NCBI GenBank assembly: GCA_028534125.1
Contig: CM052817.1
Coordinates: forward strand, 76,696,001-76,760,000
DNA from: Lama glama
Lineage: Eukaryota
Length of the DNA: 64,000 bases
Direction: 5' to 3'
The notes below the pieces were generated by a model, which was not told the DNA's origin, ran no database searches, and was given only the letters and a program-made list of their open reading frames with translations. The position numbers were made by a program, and so were the translations under genes. Shown here one piece after another: positions 24,729 through 37,929 of the stretch; positions within the stretch are counted from its first letter, which is position 1; the number at the start of each line of letters is the position of its first letter.

Positions 24729-25228
24729 NNNNNNNNNNNNNNNNNNNNNNNNNNNNNNNNNNNNNNNNNNNNNNNNNNNNNNNNNNNNNNNNNNNNNNNN
24801 NNNNNNNNNNNNNNNNNNNNNNNNNNNNNNNNNNNNNNNNNNNNNNNNNNNNNNNNNNNNNNNNNNNNNNNNNNNNNNNNNNNNNNNNNNNNNNNNNNNN
24901 NNNNNNNNNNNNNNNNNNNNNNNNNNNNNNNNNNNNNNNNNNNNNNNNNNNNNNNNNNNNNNNNNNNNNNNNNNNNNNNNNNNNNNNNNNNNNNNNNNNN
25001 NNNNNNNNNNNNNNNNNNNNNNNNNNNNNNNNNNNNNNNNNNNNNNNNNNNNNNNNNNNNNNNNNNNNNNNNNNNNNNNNNNNNNNNNNNNNNNNNNNNN
25101 NNNNNNNNNNNNNNNNNNNNNNNNNNNNNNNNNNNNNNNNNNNNNNNNNNNNNNNNNNNNNNNNNNNNNNNNNNNNNNNNNNNNNNNNNNNNNNNNNNNN
25201 NNNNNNNNNNNNNNNNNNNNNNNNNNNN
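24729..25228. other. Assembly gap (500 N)
   Basis: N run. Confidence 1.
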
Positions 25229-25836
25229 ACTAGGAAACAAATTCAATAATTATCTTCAATAGGAAACAATAAAAGTATTATTTACTCCCTGGCCCTCCAT
25301 ATGAAATACAAAGATTAATTTTAATTCAAGCAATGGACATGAAGAAACTAAAAAAAATACATGCTATATTTTCTAGAATGAGAACATTTTGAAAAATCAA
25401 TTGCCATTATATTAGTATCCAATGTTCTTACTTAATTTTCAAACCTGAAACTGAGAAATAGTCATGAATACTAATAATGAGGGACATAAAATTTAATTAG
25501 TCTGGATTTGCAGTGACAATAAGAAATGTTCTGAGTCTGCTGCATCTTATTGAATTAAGTCACATACAAAATGTGACCAACATCAACCACTGATGATGAA
25601 ATATAAAGTGTTCAACACATCTCAACTATAAGATATATTTCAAAATATTGATGTGGCAAAAATATTTTGACATTTTGCAAATCATTGATTCTCTTTTTTA
25701 TTATTCACTCAAATGTGTAAGGCTTACATCAGTAAAGCTCATGTCACAATTCCATCAATATTATCAGACAAAAGTACCCGATCACATAATATATTGGTAG
25801 CAGATTGAGTGTGAAAATGTAAAATTATAGTCTTAC

Positions 25837-26007
25837 ATATTTCCTGGTGCTGGAGTGTCCCATTCCTCTGAACATCATGGCAAATTCAGAACAAATATTT
25901 AAAATTAGCAATTTTGTGAGTTGGAATTACTTGCCAATTCCCACTACACTATTTCACATATCCTCATTATTCTTTCATCATCTGCACCATGGGACATGCC
26001 TGGAATT
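25837..26007 (-). pseudogene. Exon relic, AAA6 start of motor A
   Basis: gtaaga donor; WELASNSNSQNC*F*IFVL ~ FDLAKSYEDSNCTTPLIFIL. Confidence 0.5.
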
Positions 26008-26112
26008 CTAAGCCACAGAAGTTAACAGGTTTATCATGGCCATAATTGTAAATCTGGCATTTGGAAACTAAAATGAAGGGAAGAGATTTAGCGGCAAGTA
26101 ACAGAAATTGAC

Positions 26113-26397
26113 CTGTTTATCCTGAGCTTGAAGGCAGCATATTATGCAGAAGAGAACCAGATGCAACCACAGTGAGAAGTGACTGCTATTCATACCACAC
26201 GCTAATATTTTAGATTTCAGTGCTGTATTTTCTCAGTGCAAAGAGTCTGCACTCTTGGCCTCATGTGGAGCAACACACCTGATAGTAGAAAGAAAATCCG
26301 GAGGTAGGTGATCTGCTCCATTGCTCAGAGCACTTGCTCTGTGGGGAAGCAGTGCTCATTTTGAACTCGGCTGTGGATGAGAAGACAAACCAACAAC
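26113..26397 (-). pseudogene. Exon relic, AAA5 extension of motor A
   Basis: FSLWLHLVLFCIICCLQAQDK ~ LSAFQKLLLIRCLRPDK. Confidence 0.5.
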
Positions 26398-27519
26398 CTG
26401 TGGTAAGTACAAACACACACAAAATTAACCTCGATAGGCCAATAATGGAGAAACCAATTCAAAGACAACATATTAGCCAGCACAATAACTCTGACTGATT
26501 CACCATGCTTTTCTCTAACAAGACATTTATGGCCCTTGTTAAAGTAACTGGCTTGCTTTCATTCCTCTAAATTCACATGCTTACAAAGCTAGTCTCTTTT
26601 AAAACTATTTAATATCTTCTTTTCCAAATGTCCCTCTGATAGTTTTCCATGAGCTTTCATAGAATGCTTATGCTTTTTCCTCGTTCTCCATACTTATTTA
26701 AACTTTGCATATTATTATAATTAATAAAGCTTATTAATGGATAATAGCCCTCTATATTACTATTTTATTATTAGTATTATTATTATTTTCTTAATAAATG
26801 GTGATTATCAAAGAACCATCCCAATATATCCTATAATAATTATCCTATTCCTTAATAGGCCAACAGAAGGGGAGTCTACAGTCTCCTTTCCTAAACTACA
26901 CATTCATGAATTTCTTTCACATTCATAAAGTTCTTCCTTATATCAAACCTAAATTTCTCCTATTACAAACTACAACCATTTTCTGTGGGTCACTGGAAAT
27001 AGGCAACAGCTGGTTGCATTTTCTGTATAGTGACATTAAGGATGAAATTGTTAGGGAGCCATTTAAAATTGACAGATGACACATGAATCATAAGGACTGA
27101 AGAGATCCCGAATGTTCATCATTTAATCCTTCAAGTCAATACCTAAATAACTTTAGGAGGTTAACAATTCTTTCCTTGAATAATAATACTTAAAGCATTA
27201 GTAACCTAAGTAGATCTTTGTTACTAGGAAATTATGAAACTTATTTAAGATTAATTCTCCTATATAAATCTTTTCTGTTTTAACTATTAGCAATTTAGTT
27301 TATTCACCCAACCATTCACTGACTCAGTGGCCTCTTCCATAGACAAAACAACCCTATGTATCAAATCAACTAGAATATGAATCACAATTTTTATAAGGTA
27401 ATGAAGAAATGGCATTGATGTTATCTTCTTGTATTTTGTAATATTAGTTGAATTTTTAAGTGACTAATATATATTAATACTAAAATTTATTTAAGACACA
27501 CATATTGTGGTAATCAAGT

Positions 27520-27720
27520 ACCAGGAATAATTATGAGTGCTTTAAAAATATTAATTCATGTTATCCTATAATTATCCTTTAAGATAAATTGTATTCTTAT
27601 CATAATTTTTGAGTCCAGGAGTGTGTTAAGGTAACAATGTTTATAAGTGGTAGAGTTCCCTGGGATTAACATAGGTGGTTTGATTCTAGAGTCAGTACTC
27701 CTAACCACTATGCTGTGTTG
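27520..27720 (-). mobile_element. MIR SINE
   Basis: Degenerate antisense MIR. Confidence 0.55.
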
Positions 27721-27739
27721 TCAAAAAAATTAGGAAGAG

Positions 27740-30040
27740 GAGATTGTGGGAGGATGGCTATAGAAAAAATAAATTTTGATTCTTATAAAGACTGAGCAAC
27801 CAACTGGATAGTAAAACACACAAAACAGCTAGATAGTATATCCAAAACTCATAGGAAATATTTACAACAAATTGAGGCAACAAGGTATCCCCATAAACTT
27901 CAAAATGTAATTGCTTGAGGACCCGTATTATTATCAGCATATTATTATATCAGCATCCGTGCATGAGAAAGCAGAGACAAGCAACAAATTGTCTGACAGA
28001 ACTAAGAAAAGAACCTCAAAATATGCAACACGCTGAAAAACTAGAATTGCAATTTGAAAACAGCTGCTGAAACTGTTAGAGTTTTTGTCAAATCTAATAC
28101 GAGGTGAGCTGAGGGGCCCACAAGAAAATAATTTGAGAAGACTACAGCAGTTTGACATCTGGAAATCTAAAAACTGATCAGTTAGATCTCCTAGGCTGGG
28201 CAGAAACTGCCTGCAGTGGAATCAAAATTGAGCAGGACAATAAAAATAGAGATGAAGGAAAAACAACCCTCAGAGAAAAGTGGGGAGAAAACAAAACCAG
28301 GAAATCTTAGAAAGCAAGCTTCTACAGTTTTGGTATTAGTTGAAAATAAAAGGAATTTAGAGAAGTTTAGAAAGTCTCTCAGAACCAGAACTCCTACTAA
28401 AAATTCAAAATACAAATAATTTTCATCAAAATAGGAAATAAAAAGTATTGAGGTCAAATTCTATACAAAGTTTTTATATGAAAAATGGATGCCAAAATAC
28501 AGTATAGATGAACTACAACAGGCTAATTCCAAATGAGATAAAGTACATTAAAAATTACTTAAGACATAAAAAACTACATTAAAAACAACATAAAAAACCC
28601 TCAAGCATATTGATAGACCTCAGGGGAAAAAAAAAGAAGTAAAAGAAACTGTTTTTTACAGAAATAAAAATGAATTAGGGAAACACAAACAAACATAGGT
28701 AACACCTTAGAAAAAATAGAAGATAAAAAATTGAAAAATTATAAAAACCAGAGATAAATGAAAGAAGAGGTTAAAAAATAATAATAAGTAGAAAGTGATC
28801 AATATTGAAGATAGGCAAAGGAAGGCCAAGAAAGAAAGTCCAACAAGCAGTAATAGTAGCCCAAGGTGGGGTAAGAGGGAAAGAAAAGGAAATGCTAAAA
28901 ATTTCCACTCAGGAAACTTCTCTTATATAAAGAAGAATTAAAATTACATATTGAAAAAGCGTATCACTTACATGAGTACAGTTCCAAAAGAACCAATGAT
29001 AAGAAATACTGGGCTTCAAAGAAAAAAAGAAAAAAAAATAATTTGACATTAGGCAAAAAATATAATTTGACCTATTAGAGAAAGAAATTATTCATTATCG
29101 GTCTTTCTGACAATAAATTTTAAGTAAAAGAAATAGAGTAACATAAATATGCAAGAGGGAAAAGTGACAGTTTTATACCCAGCAAAACTGATTTCAACTC
29201 TGAAAGTCCAAACTGTTGTCTCATATAAGAGCTAAGGAAATATTGCTCCCATGAGTGCTTCCAGAGGAATTCACTAGAGAATGCACTTCAGACTATTAAA
29301 ATGATTATAAAACATTACCATAAGGACCAGTCACCAGCATTAAACCTATGGATATTTGCAGATCTTACTAAGACTAAATGAAGGTTAAAACGGAGAGAGT
29401 ATTATTTGAATAGCTATGTGCTCAGATGTTTTTAAATTATGGAAAAAAGGAGGAGAGCTTTTATGAAAAGAATAATTTTAACTATCCTTGTTAATTATAT
29501 TGGAGGTGGTAGTTATAATACTGTTATTCTGAGCTCACTGGATGTCTAATGTTGTATAAAGCAAATGAATAAATTATGATTTATTCTAACTATCATCACT
29601 TGTGATATTGAGAATGAGGATTTTTTTAGAGTGGAAGAAAGGAAATGTGGTTGTAATATAGACAAGAATTAAGTTTAAAAACTTAACTTACTGAATTGGA
29701 AATACCTATATGAACTCATGCTACTGGGATGCTCATTTCTACTGTACTTTGCTGAATGCATAGTTAAGGATGCAGTCCAACTGCAACAAGCATTCCTAAT
29801 TCCCAGACTGCAGTCTTGAATTATTATTTATCATTAAAAGAAACAGACTCCATAAAGAAACAGCCAATTCAGGCCTGAAGCAGGAAATGTAAAAATGAGA
29901 GTAAAATGTCTCCATATCAGACAGCAAAGAAGCCTTCAAAGATTATTACAGTTATGTCAAAATGATTAAAGAGCCAATTTGAAGAGGCTCTTACTGGCTA
30001 ATGATGGGAAAGATATTTATTTATAATAATATATTTCAAA
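27740..30040 (+). mobile_element. Old L1M 5'/ORF1 fragment
   Basis: A-rich; tttatacccagcaaaactg ORF1 motif. Confidence 0.6.
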
Positions 30041-30400
30041 ACCAAATGCTGAAGAGGTTAGGTTAGCATAGTTAGGTGGTCAGTTTCTAAAGTGACAAAT
30101 GCCATGAAGGGCTTTAATGGTGGCAAGTATCTATCATTCAAAGAATTTCATTCAATTTTCCTTGAAACATCAGAATCTTCTCTAATTACTCTAATAATCT
30201 AATTTTGTCCCATTACCTCATGTAATGATTGACTCAAACTTGCTTTAAAATAGGGCTAATTGAAAGGTTACAAAAATGTATTCTTCCAATTAAGTACTTT
30301 GTGAAAGCAAAACCCAATCTTACATCTAATTCCCTTAAATTATATTTGACATCTTACTCATGAATGATCATATCTCAAATGCTAATTTTTAAACTCTCAC

Positions 30401-30649
30401 TTTGGTGATATTATGGAGGACAATACAGAAGACATCCTAAGTCGAGTCAGAGTGATCATATAATAGTAATTTCTATCATACAGGAGAGAAGTATTAAAAC
30501 TTTGAAAGAAGGCATTGACGATGGAATTGATGAGAAAGGGATACATGGGAAAAAAGCAGAATGGCCAAACTGGATCTAACACGAGAAAAGCATGATATCT
30601 ACAAAGACTTTCTGATATTGTGCTTGGAAGATCTGATGGATTTTTGTGT
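30401..30649 (-). pseudogene. Exon relic, strut end of motor A
   Basis: TKIHQIFQAQYQKV..LFSC / PMYPFLINSIVNAFFQSF ~ KKINEAREEYRPV..LYFC..PMYQFSLNWFINLFIRSI; gtgaga donor. Confidence 0.7.
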
Positions 30650-30725
30650 CTCAAACAGAGATTAAAGAAAAGAAGTATGTATATTTATAAGTATACATTT
30701 AGAAAATATGATACATGCTGGTGTC

Positions 30726-31450
30726 TACCTACACTGTTGCTGGGAATGTAAATCGGTGCAGCCACTATGGAGGACAGTATGAAAGTTCCTTAAAAAACTA
30801 AAAATAGACTTACCATATGATCCAGCAATCCCACTCTTGGGCATGTATCTGGAGAAAATTATAAGTTGAAAAGATATATAACCCCTATGTTCACAGCAGC
30901 ACTGTTTACAATAGCCAAGATATGAAAACAACCTAAATGCCCATCAATAAATAACTAGATAAAGAAGAGGTGGTATATATATACAATGGAATATTACTTA
31001 GCCATAAAAAGAATGAAATAATGCCATTTGCAGCAACATGGATGGACCTAGAGATTATTATTTTGAGTGAAGTAAGTCAGATAGACAAACATCATATGAT
31101 ATCACTTATATGTGAAGTCTGAAAAAAAAGATACAAATTCTATTTACAAACCAAAAACAGACTTACAGACATAGAAAACAAACTATGGTTACCAAAGGGT
31201 AAGGGTGAGGAGGGATAAATTTTTAGTGGTTAGGAATCAACAGACACACATTAATGTATATAAAACAGATAAACAACAGGGATCAACTGGATAGCACAGG
31301 GAACTATATTCAATTTCTTGTGATAACATATAATGGAAAAGAATCTGAAAAGAAAAAATATATATGTATGTTTATGTATAACTGAATCACTTTGCTGTCC
31401 CCCTGAAACTAACATTATAAATCAACTACACTTCAATAAATTTTTTTTAA
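30726..31450 (+). mobile_element. L1 3' end
   Basis: cctacactgttgctgggaatgtaaa..actacacttcaataaa. Confidence 0.9.
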
Positions 31451-32433
31451 AAAACGATAGAGATTAACACAAGGAAATCGGTCAATCCCTTAGCTTTCTA
31501 TAACATGGAAAAAGGAGATAAACTCAGTTTCTTTTTATCTTTAAACTGAAGATTATATAGAGGAAAATTGCATATTTAAGGTTTTTTTTTAGCTGATAAG
31601 AAAACATTTGAAATATAGAAGGTTGCATTAAGACTTCGGTTTCAAATGTGAAATTGCTAGTTTCTACCTCCTTTTATTCCATACAAACAGCATTTCCTTT
31701 ACATTTTTTCTCTGAAAATAAGATTTTGCTATTTAAACTAAGAGTATCTATTTTAAAGCCTAGACATCATCCACAGTTAGAACAAATGAAGTCCAGAATC
31801 TGCTTATAAACAATTACATTTTAAGTACTGCATGTATGCCCCAAATCCTGATGTAGAAATGAAGGACATAACTTCAAATGGGAAATCTGACTTTAGACCA
31901 TAAAGATGAAACAAGAGTACCCTTACTTCAGTTTCTTCACCAATGTTCTTTTTAAACTATGCGATTAATGGATCCTATAGGCTTACATTCCAAAAAAGAA
32001 GAAAAAAAATGTATATCAAGCATGAAAGACTGACAGTTGTATCGAAATAAAATGAATAATTTATCATCTTCACCATATTTTTCCATTTCCTTTTTAATAT
32101 TTGAAATAAAAGTGGAAAGAATGAAAAGAGAGAGGATTTTATAAAACAGTAGTTCTTTTGCTCAATATCCTTCTTAGTATATATTAATCATTCTTTTCAC
32201 AATATTTATATTCTGATTAAAATTCCATTGTTACCGTGTATATCAGAGCAGGCTACAACGATAAACCTCACCCTTTCCTAATGTTTACATATGAAATTAG
32301 CTAGCCAGATTTAACTATGCCTTTTTTTCATACAAATAGGGAATGTTGAAAATAAGAAAAACCCTCTAAACAATCAAAATGTGTTTCCTTATTTTTAAAT
32401 AATCTATTAGTTAAAAGATACATTTGTCCTTAC

Positions 32434-32920
32434 ACTACCTGATATGTCTCAAAAATCCCCTCTTTATTTCTGAGTAATCACACCAAAATGGCATTTCAAC
32501 AATGTCACATTTGGAGAGTTTCAAGGGACACTGTTTATGGAAATGTTCATTATCTTTGTTGCTAATGCCAGTGTGTCTGGATTTCCAAAGGAGGTTTTTT
32601 TTTAAGTTGACAATTAACAATATAATTGCTTTTATTGTCATTTCAATAAAGAATTCATCTAGTCATCTGGATTTGAGCAATTCATGTGGCTCGAGCTTTA
32701 AGATAGAGAACTGCTTTCTTTTAAAAAATAAATTGAGGGGTTCATCCATCAAGTCTCTAATCACTTCTTTCAGAGCACTTGAAACACTGTGTTATCAGTG
32801 ATACTGGGAAGCTGGAAGCCAAGAATCTCTTTTTATTTCATTATTTCGAATTTGTTCTCAGAATATCAAAAACCTTTTTTTAAGATGAAACTTTGTTTTT
32901 GGTTACCTTGGCTCTGCATC
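32434..32920 (-). pseudogene. Exon relic, AAA5 end and strut of motor A
   Basis: About 160 codons in one frame with few stops; SILKLEPHELLKSR..KKNLLW..DNEHF ~ VILTEKQELEEQR..EDNLLY..DDE; gtaagg donor. Confidence 0.65.
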
Positions 32921-33640
32921 CTTTAAAATGGGCTATCTGATTAATATACAGGATATAATATAATTGTTATATACATGCCAGAAAAGAAAATGTTTCCTGT
33001 TCTAAAGTAAGTAATTCTGATAAATATGTAAAAGAGCATTAATTTTCTTTGTGAAATATTCATTACTTTGATTTGCTATGATTTTTATATGCATAGATAA
33101 CACCAAGGCCCTTGCGTTGAGCATTTAAATAAGTATGATTACATTTCTGAAACATCTTGGCAAGACCTCAGAGCCACCACTGAGACCTTGACAGTTGTAA
33201 CTGCCAAGGACTTTCCCCTGACATTGAACAAGAATAAAACAGATACTTCAATGTACCATGGAACATTCCTCTGCTTCTTTAAAATTACAGTTTTATAGCT
33301 ATCTATTCATTTACTTTCCTGTTTATGAAATAATCTTAACAGTTCCCTCCTCCTATATACTTAAAAAATTGAACAAAGAAGAATCCAACATTAACGTGGA
33401 TACTAAACATGTTTTACACAGTTCTCCTCATGTGAGCAATTGATTAAAAAGGTATTTCAACACAAATATTAACCAGTAATCCTTGGTTAAAATACATTTT
33501 AGGATTTGGGAAATAAAATGTATGATAAAACCAAAGTAATTGAGTTTAGTCAGATTGCAAATTTGACATTAGAATACATAATTTAATAACTTTCAAATAC
33601 ACAAATTGTGCACACACAGGGAATGGTAGACAAAAAATAC

Positions 33641-33935
33641 CTCCACTAAGGACAAGGCAAGATGCAGTGGGCTCAAAATGTAGCATGGAGTAATTTAAGT
33701 TTGAAATACAAGCACCAAAGGGAGCTGGAAAAATACAGGGAGTTCTCTTCACAGGTCTTTGTGAAGTATTTCTCTCTCTGAGATAAGATTGGATCCCGTA
33801 TCTCAATTCTTTCTTTTGGCTGTGACTTGTAGACAATGATGAGGATTCATTCATGAAGAAATAATATATACTATGCAGTCTTTTGTGGAAATAGTCACTT
33901 TTTCTCTTTATTGGCAATTTATCTTTACCGTTTAC
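33641..33935 (-). pseudogene. Exon relic, AAA5 of motor A
   Basis: Lies within the 134-aa ORF; DKLPIKRKSDYFHKRLHSIYYF ~ NNLKVIKLSDSDFLRTLENAIRF; gtattt donor. Confidence 0.55.
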
Positions 33936-34049
33936 TATGGAGCATGACACATAGTAAATGCACAGTTACTATTGGCTAATTAATAAATCAATGAAGGAAT
34001 GAATCTACATAGGGTGTTCTACCAAATGTCAGGCTAAGGCAGGGCAGGG

Positions 34050-34200
34050 TATCACCGGGGTTAAGAGCATGTGGTCTGGAGCCACAGCTGGGATTAAATC
34101 CTGGCTCCTCCACTCACCAACTCTGTGACCCGGAGTGAGTAATTTTCTCTCTCTGTGCCCCAAATTCCTCATCTGTAAAATGGGATATTAATAATTAAGT
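34050..34200 (+). mobile_element. MIR SINE
   Basis: ttcctcatctgtaaaatggg core. Confidence 0.8.
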
Positions 34201-34467
34201 AAAAATATAGTATTTAGGAGACTGAAAGAAACAATTAAAAACAAGTAGAAATGACATGTTAGTCACAGCGAACTTTTGAGAAATGTATATTAAGATAATA
34301 ACATTAAAATACATTTTTACATGTCCATTTCTTTATACGTGGGAAAGAATCTACTAACAGCTAACACTTTGAAGCTAGCACGTATATAGGATCTCTTATA
34401 TATCAATAACTGCTCCAAGCTCATTTTAATGTATTTTCAGGTTTTCAAGAAAACTTTGCCACACTTA

Positions 34468-34981
34468 TGTAACAGAGAAGAAAAAATCTGACTCCATATT
34501 AGAACTGTTCCTTTAGCTCTAACCCTGTGCTCTGTTTCCTGTGCTTAATCATTCTGGTTCTGCACCTTTTCTAAAAGAATGGCACCTTTTGCCTTGAGCC
34601 TGAAATATACAGGATAGTCCATTCTCAAGGCTTGGACCTTTAAGGATAACACTCTTCCATTCACATTCACACAGAGATAAAAAAGTTGCAGAACAGAGAA
34701 TAACTTTTGTCTTGTTGGAGGTTTACAGGAACACCACAACCTGACCTATACGGACAGGTGCAACACCAAGAAGTTTGCAACAATCAACCACACCCCTCCC
34801 CTTTTCAATATAAAAGGAGCCTGAATTCTGACTTGGGGAAGATAGTTCTCTAGGACATTGGCCCCCATCTTCTCGGTCTGCTGGCTTTCCAAATAAAGTC
34901 ATTATTCCCTGCCCCAGCATCTCGTCTCCTGATTTATTGGCCTGTCATGCAGCAAACAGAATGAATTTGGACTCAGTAACA
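34468..34981 (+). mobile_element. Solo ERV1-type LTR
   Basis: TGTAAC...GTAACA ends, 4-bp TSD ctta, TATA-like tataaaa and aataaa signals. Confidence 0.85.
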
Positions 34982-34986
34982 CTTAC

Positions 34987-35412
34987 ACAGAGTGGGAGGA
35001 GTAAAAGTAATACTTGGAAAAAGCTGTCCACAAGAACTAAATCCCCACAGGCTGGTCAGATGTCAAAACAGTGATTTTTCTTCAGGAACAGCACAACCAT
35101 GGATTAAGCCATTGCATGCCTCTGGAAGGCAGGGTCAGGCAGGAATCTGACCCACGGTCCGCCATGAGGAACAGACATGCAGGAGAATGCTTCACAAGAA
35201 GCAGCCCCTCTGTGTGTTGCGCACACACCCACACAGCTACACATGTCCTCGCTACTGGAGGACAGAATCCATCCGAACAGTATGGTGGTGGCAGCACCAG
35301 AAGTACAGCTTCAGAAAGGAGGGCTGCAACAGTCAGAGCATCACAGGGACCCAATAAGTGCCTCTAGTTCTCAAGCATGTGGAGAAGAACAGTTATCCCT
35401 TTCCCTCTTTTC
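34987..35412 (-). pseudogene. Exon relic, post-CC2 and AAA5 start of motor A
   Basis: gtaagt donor; LLGPCDALTVAALLS..PPPY ~ LVGDVLLAAAFLSY.GPF..Y; PWVRFLPDPAFQ/GMQWLN ~ RWPLLIDPQGQGIKWI. Confidence 0.75.
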
Positions 35413-36105
35413 CTCAAAAAAAAAAAGAAAGAGCCATGTGACATTGTTATGAAAGTTTTAAAATAATAATTTGAAAAATACAGGACATTTCAAATAATTC
35501 TTCTGTATGTTTTGATCCATTTTCCTATGGCCAAAACATGCAATGTGCACAGAGACACAGCAGGGAGCTAGCCATTACTAATAATATCAACAGCATTTTA
35601 AAATTGTAAGCCTACAGATGTTTAAATAATTTTAACAGCAGTCAATAAAAATGAAAGCAAGACATAAACTAATTCATGATTTTTCTTTGCTGACTGTTAT
35701 TTAAAAGATGGTTTATTAGTAAATTTAAATTATGTAAAATGTTGCATGACTATGATGGCAGATATATATTGAGGTCAAATTACTTGCCTTGCTTGCTAGT
35801 AGACTCAAATATAGATTTTTTTGTTGATTGTTCATTCTGACAACTTTCTATCAACTTATTTTCGATTCGATTAGTTCTATTTTATTCAAAATAAAAAATA
35901 AAATGAAATGAAAATCCCATAAGAATTACTTCCCATTACTATATTTTAGCTTCAGACGATACATTACCTAAGTTCCATCAAGAAAATACTGGTTAATACA
36001 ATTTTAGAAACTTACAGGCACTAATTTCCAATCTTTTCCTTTAGAAAATCATCTCTACTATAATTTGAAAATAAATCTACTTCAGCTTTTTGCTTCAGAA
36101 CTTAC

Positions 36106-36443
36106 TTTATTTCTACTATCAAGAGTAACTAGACTGACTTTTGGCAATCCAGTTCAGCATTCTCTGCTGAGCATAATTCAACTGTGGAGAAGGAGATTTC
36201 AACCATGGTCTTGAAAAAAAATGACAAGAAAAGACTGTTTTTTTTAGGATAAAAACGTGCTTTTAAAAAAAACTAATTTTTTTTATCTTCTTCCTTTATA
36301 GTTAACTCCAGTTCTAGTTAAATCTATTACAGTCTTCTATCTGATCATCATACTAAGCATTTTTTCCCTTCAAATGAAAAACTATCTCTGAATCCATTTC
36401 AGTGCTGATGTTCTACAGAGAAGGAATCACCCTGCAGGTGCTG
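36106..36443 (-). pseudogene. Exon relic, MTBD of motor A
   Basis: ttcttccttcag acceptor, gtaagt donor; ISFSTVELCSAENAELDC ~ FDPEKVKKASTAAEGLC. Confidence 0.55.
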
Positions 36444-36583
36444 CTGAAGGAAGAAAAGGGAAAAGTAAGCATGTAAGTGACCACGTATTGAGCTTCTAAT
36501 ATGGGCCAGGTACCTGGCTAGCTGTTTCTTTCCGAGCTGTATGAAAAGTCCATTCCATTTTAGAAGACTTGGAGATAAATTAC

Positions 36584-36779
36584 ATGAAATCAGGAGATCA
36601 AGATTAGGCAAGAGTGAAAATAATGTGGGAAATGTTTAATTTCTCTTTGTTCACAACAACAAAATCAAAGCCATCTCTCTCTAAGGCTCTATTTCATCTA
36701 TCATTGCAGTTATTGGCACACTCTTGCTATCAACTGGTTTTGCTTTCAGAGAAGCACAAGCATTGGAGAAGATGTTTGT
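36584..36779 (-). pseudogene. Exon relic, CC1 end / MTBD of motor A
   Basis: Poly-T acceptor; IDEIEP*REMAL/..EKLNISHI ~ LAEAEPALEAA..NTLNKSDI. Confidence 0.6.
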
Positions 36780-36912
36780 CTTAGAGAAAAAAAAAAAAAA
36801 CAGGTAATAACACAGAAAACAGCACTTCAGAAAACCAGAAACCCCAGAAGAAAGGAACAATCAAATTGCCCTGTCAGCTGCCATCTCCGGCCCTGTATAC
36901 GTTGCTGCTCAC

Positions 36913-37247
36913 CTACATGAGGGGGAAACATTTGTTAACTGCTACATCTGAGTCAAAGATGAAATCCTTTCTAGGTTCTGAAAAAATAAATTCGTGTGTT
37001 TGTATATACTGTTGACCTATTTTTAATAAACGCATGTATGTTCGTTTAATCAGCATCCTGATCTGCGGCTGTTCAGTGCCTTTTGCACACTTTGGAGATA
37101 TCATCATAGGTTTTGTGAGACTGATATGCAATTTCAAAATAAGTGTTTCAAATAATTTTTGAAAGGCAACCTCCAGGAATACACATTGATTTACTCACAA
37201 CTCATTCTATACCCTCAGGACATCTGATAAATAACTCCTGTTCTTAT
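36913..37247 (-). pseudogene. Exon relic, stalk CC1 start of motor A
   Basis: ttttttacag acceptor, gtgagc donor; 111 codons with 3 stops; FQKLFET/YFEI ~ YLEFIKTYKKL. Confidence 0.6.
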
Positions 37248-37514
37248 CTGTAAAAAAACTTATTTATAGTATCTGTCAAATTCTTTCTTTGGGTCAAAAC
37301 TAAAATGTATTTGGCCCAACTTAGCTTTCATTTGAAGAAATAACTTTAGCTGGCTGTCTTGAAAAAAAGTTGATGGGGAATTTGAAAGAGGCAGTGTAAA
37401 TTAGAAAGAAAAAAAAAACCCAGAAATTCTCACTGCACCTGAGTAGGAAAATGTCCTGTATAAATATACACAGATTCCAACTTCTCTAGAAGTTATGATT
37501 CCTGAAAGTTTCAC

Positions 37515-37860
37515 CTGCCTCTTTGCCAACAAAGCTAGAGAATAGTTAAAGAATATATAGACAGGTAGCCTTAGATTTTAATTAGGTAAAACTTTAAACC
37601 AAAGAATTAATTTATTAAAAATGATTTTGGCTCCATATATTCAGGGCACCAAGACTAGCAATAATCAATGAGATATCAACAAGAACTCCAAGGAACACGT
37701 TCATGGAGGGGAAAGAATGACATAGAAGCCACTCCATTTAATATTTACTGATTTGAGAATGTGATAGAAATAAGTAATATGAATGTGAAAACAGTATCTG
37801 AAGATATGTAGTTGAGATGATTCTGTATCTTCGCAACTGAACACACTTCCTCTTCTCCTA
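37515..37860 (-). pseudogene. Possible exon relic, AAA4 end of motor A
   Basis: CAG/gtgaaa donor; motif match weak. Confidence 0.35.
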
Positions 37861-37929
37861 ACACTTAGCATTAACAATTTAATTTTTAAAGGCATAGCTT
37901 CTTAAGAATAAGATAAACGTCTTTCTGGG

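Noticed and set aside
24622..25262. Long ORFs spanning N runs (also 40598-41365)
   Set aside because: Artefacts of assembly gaps.
26221..26402. Plus-strand exon-like segment ending in gtaagt
   Set aside because: No partner exons or recognisable product; the minus strand matches the LRCLRPD region.
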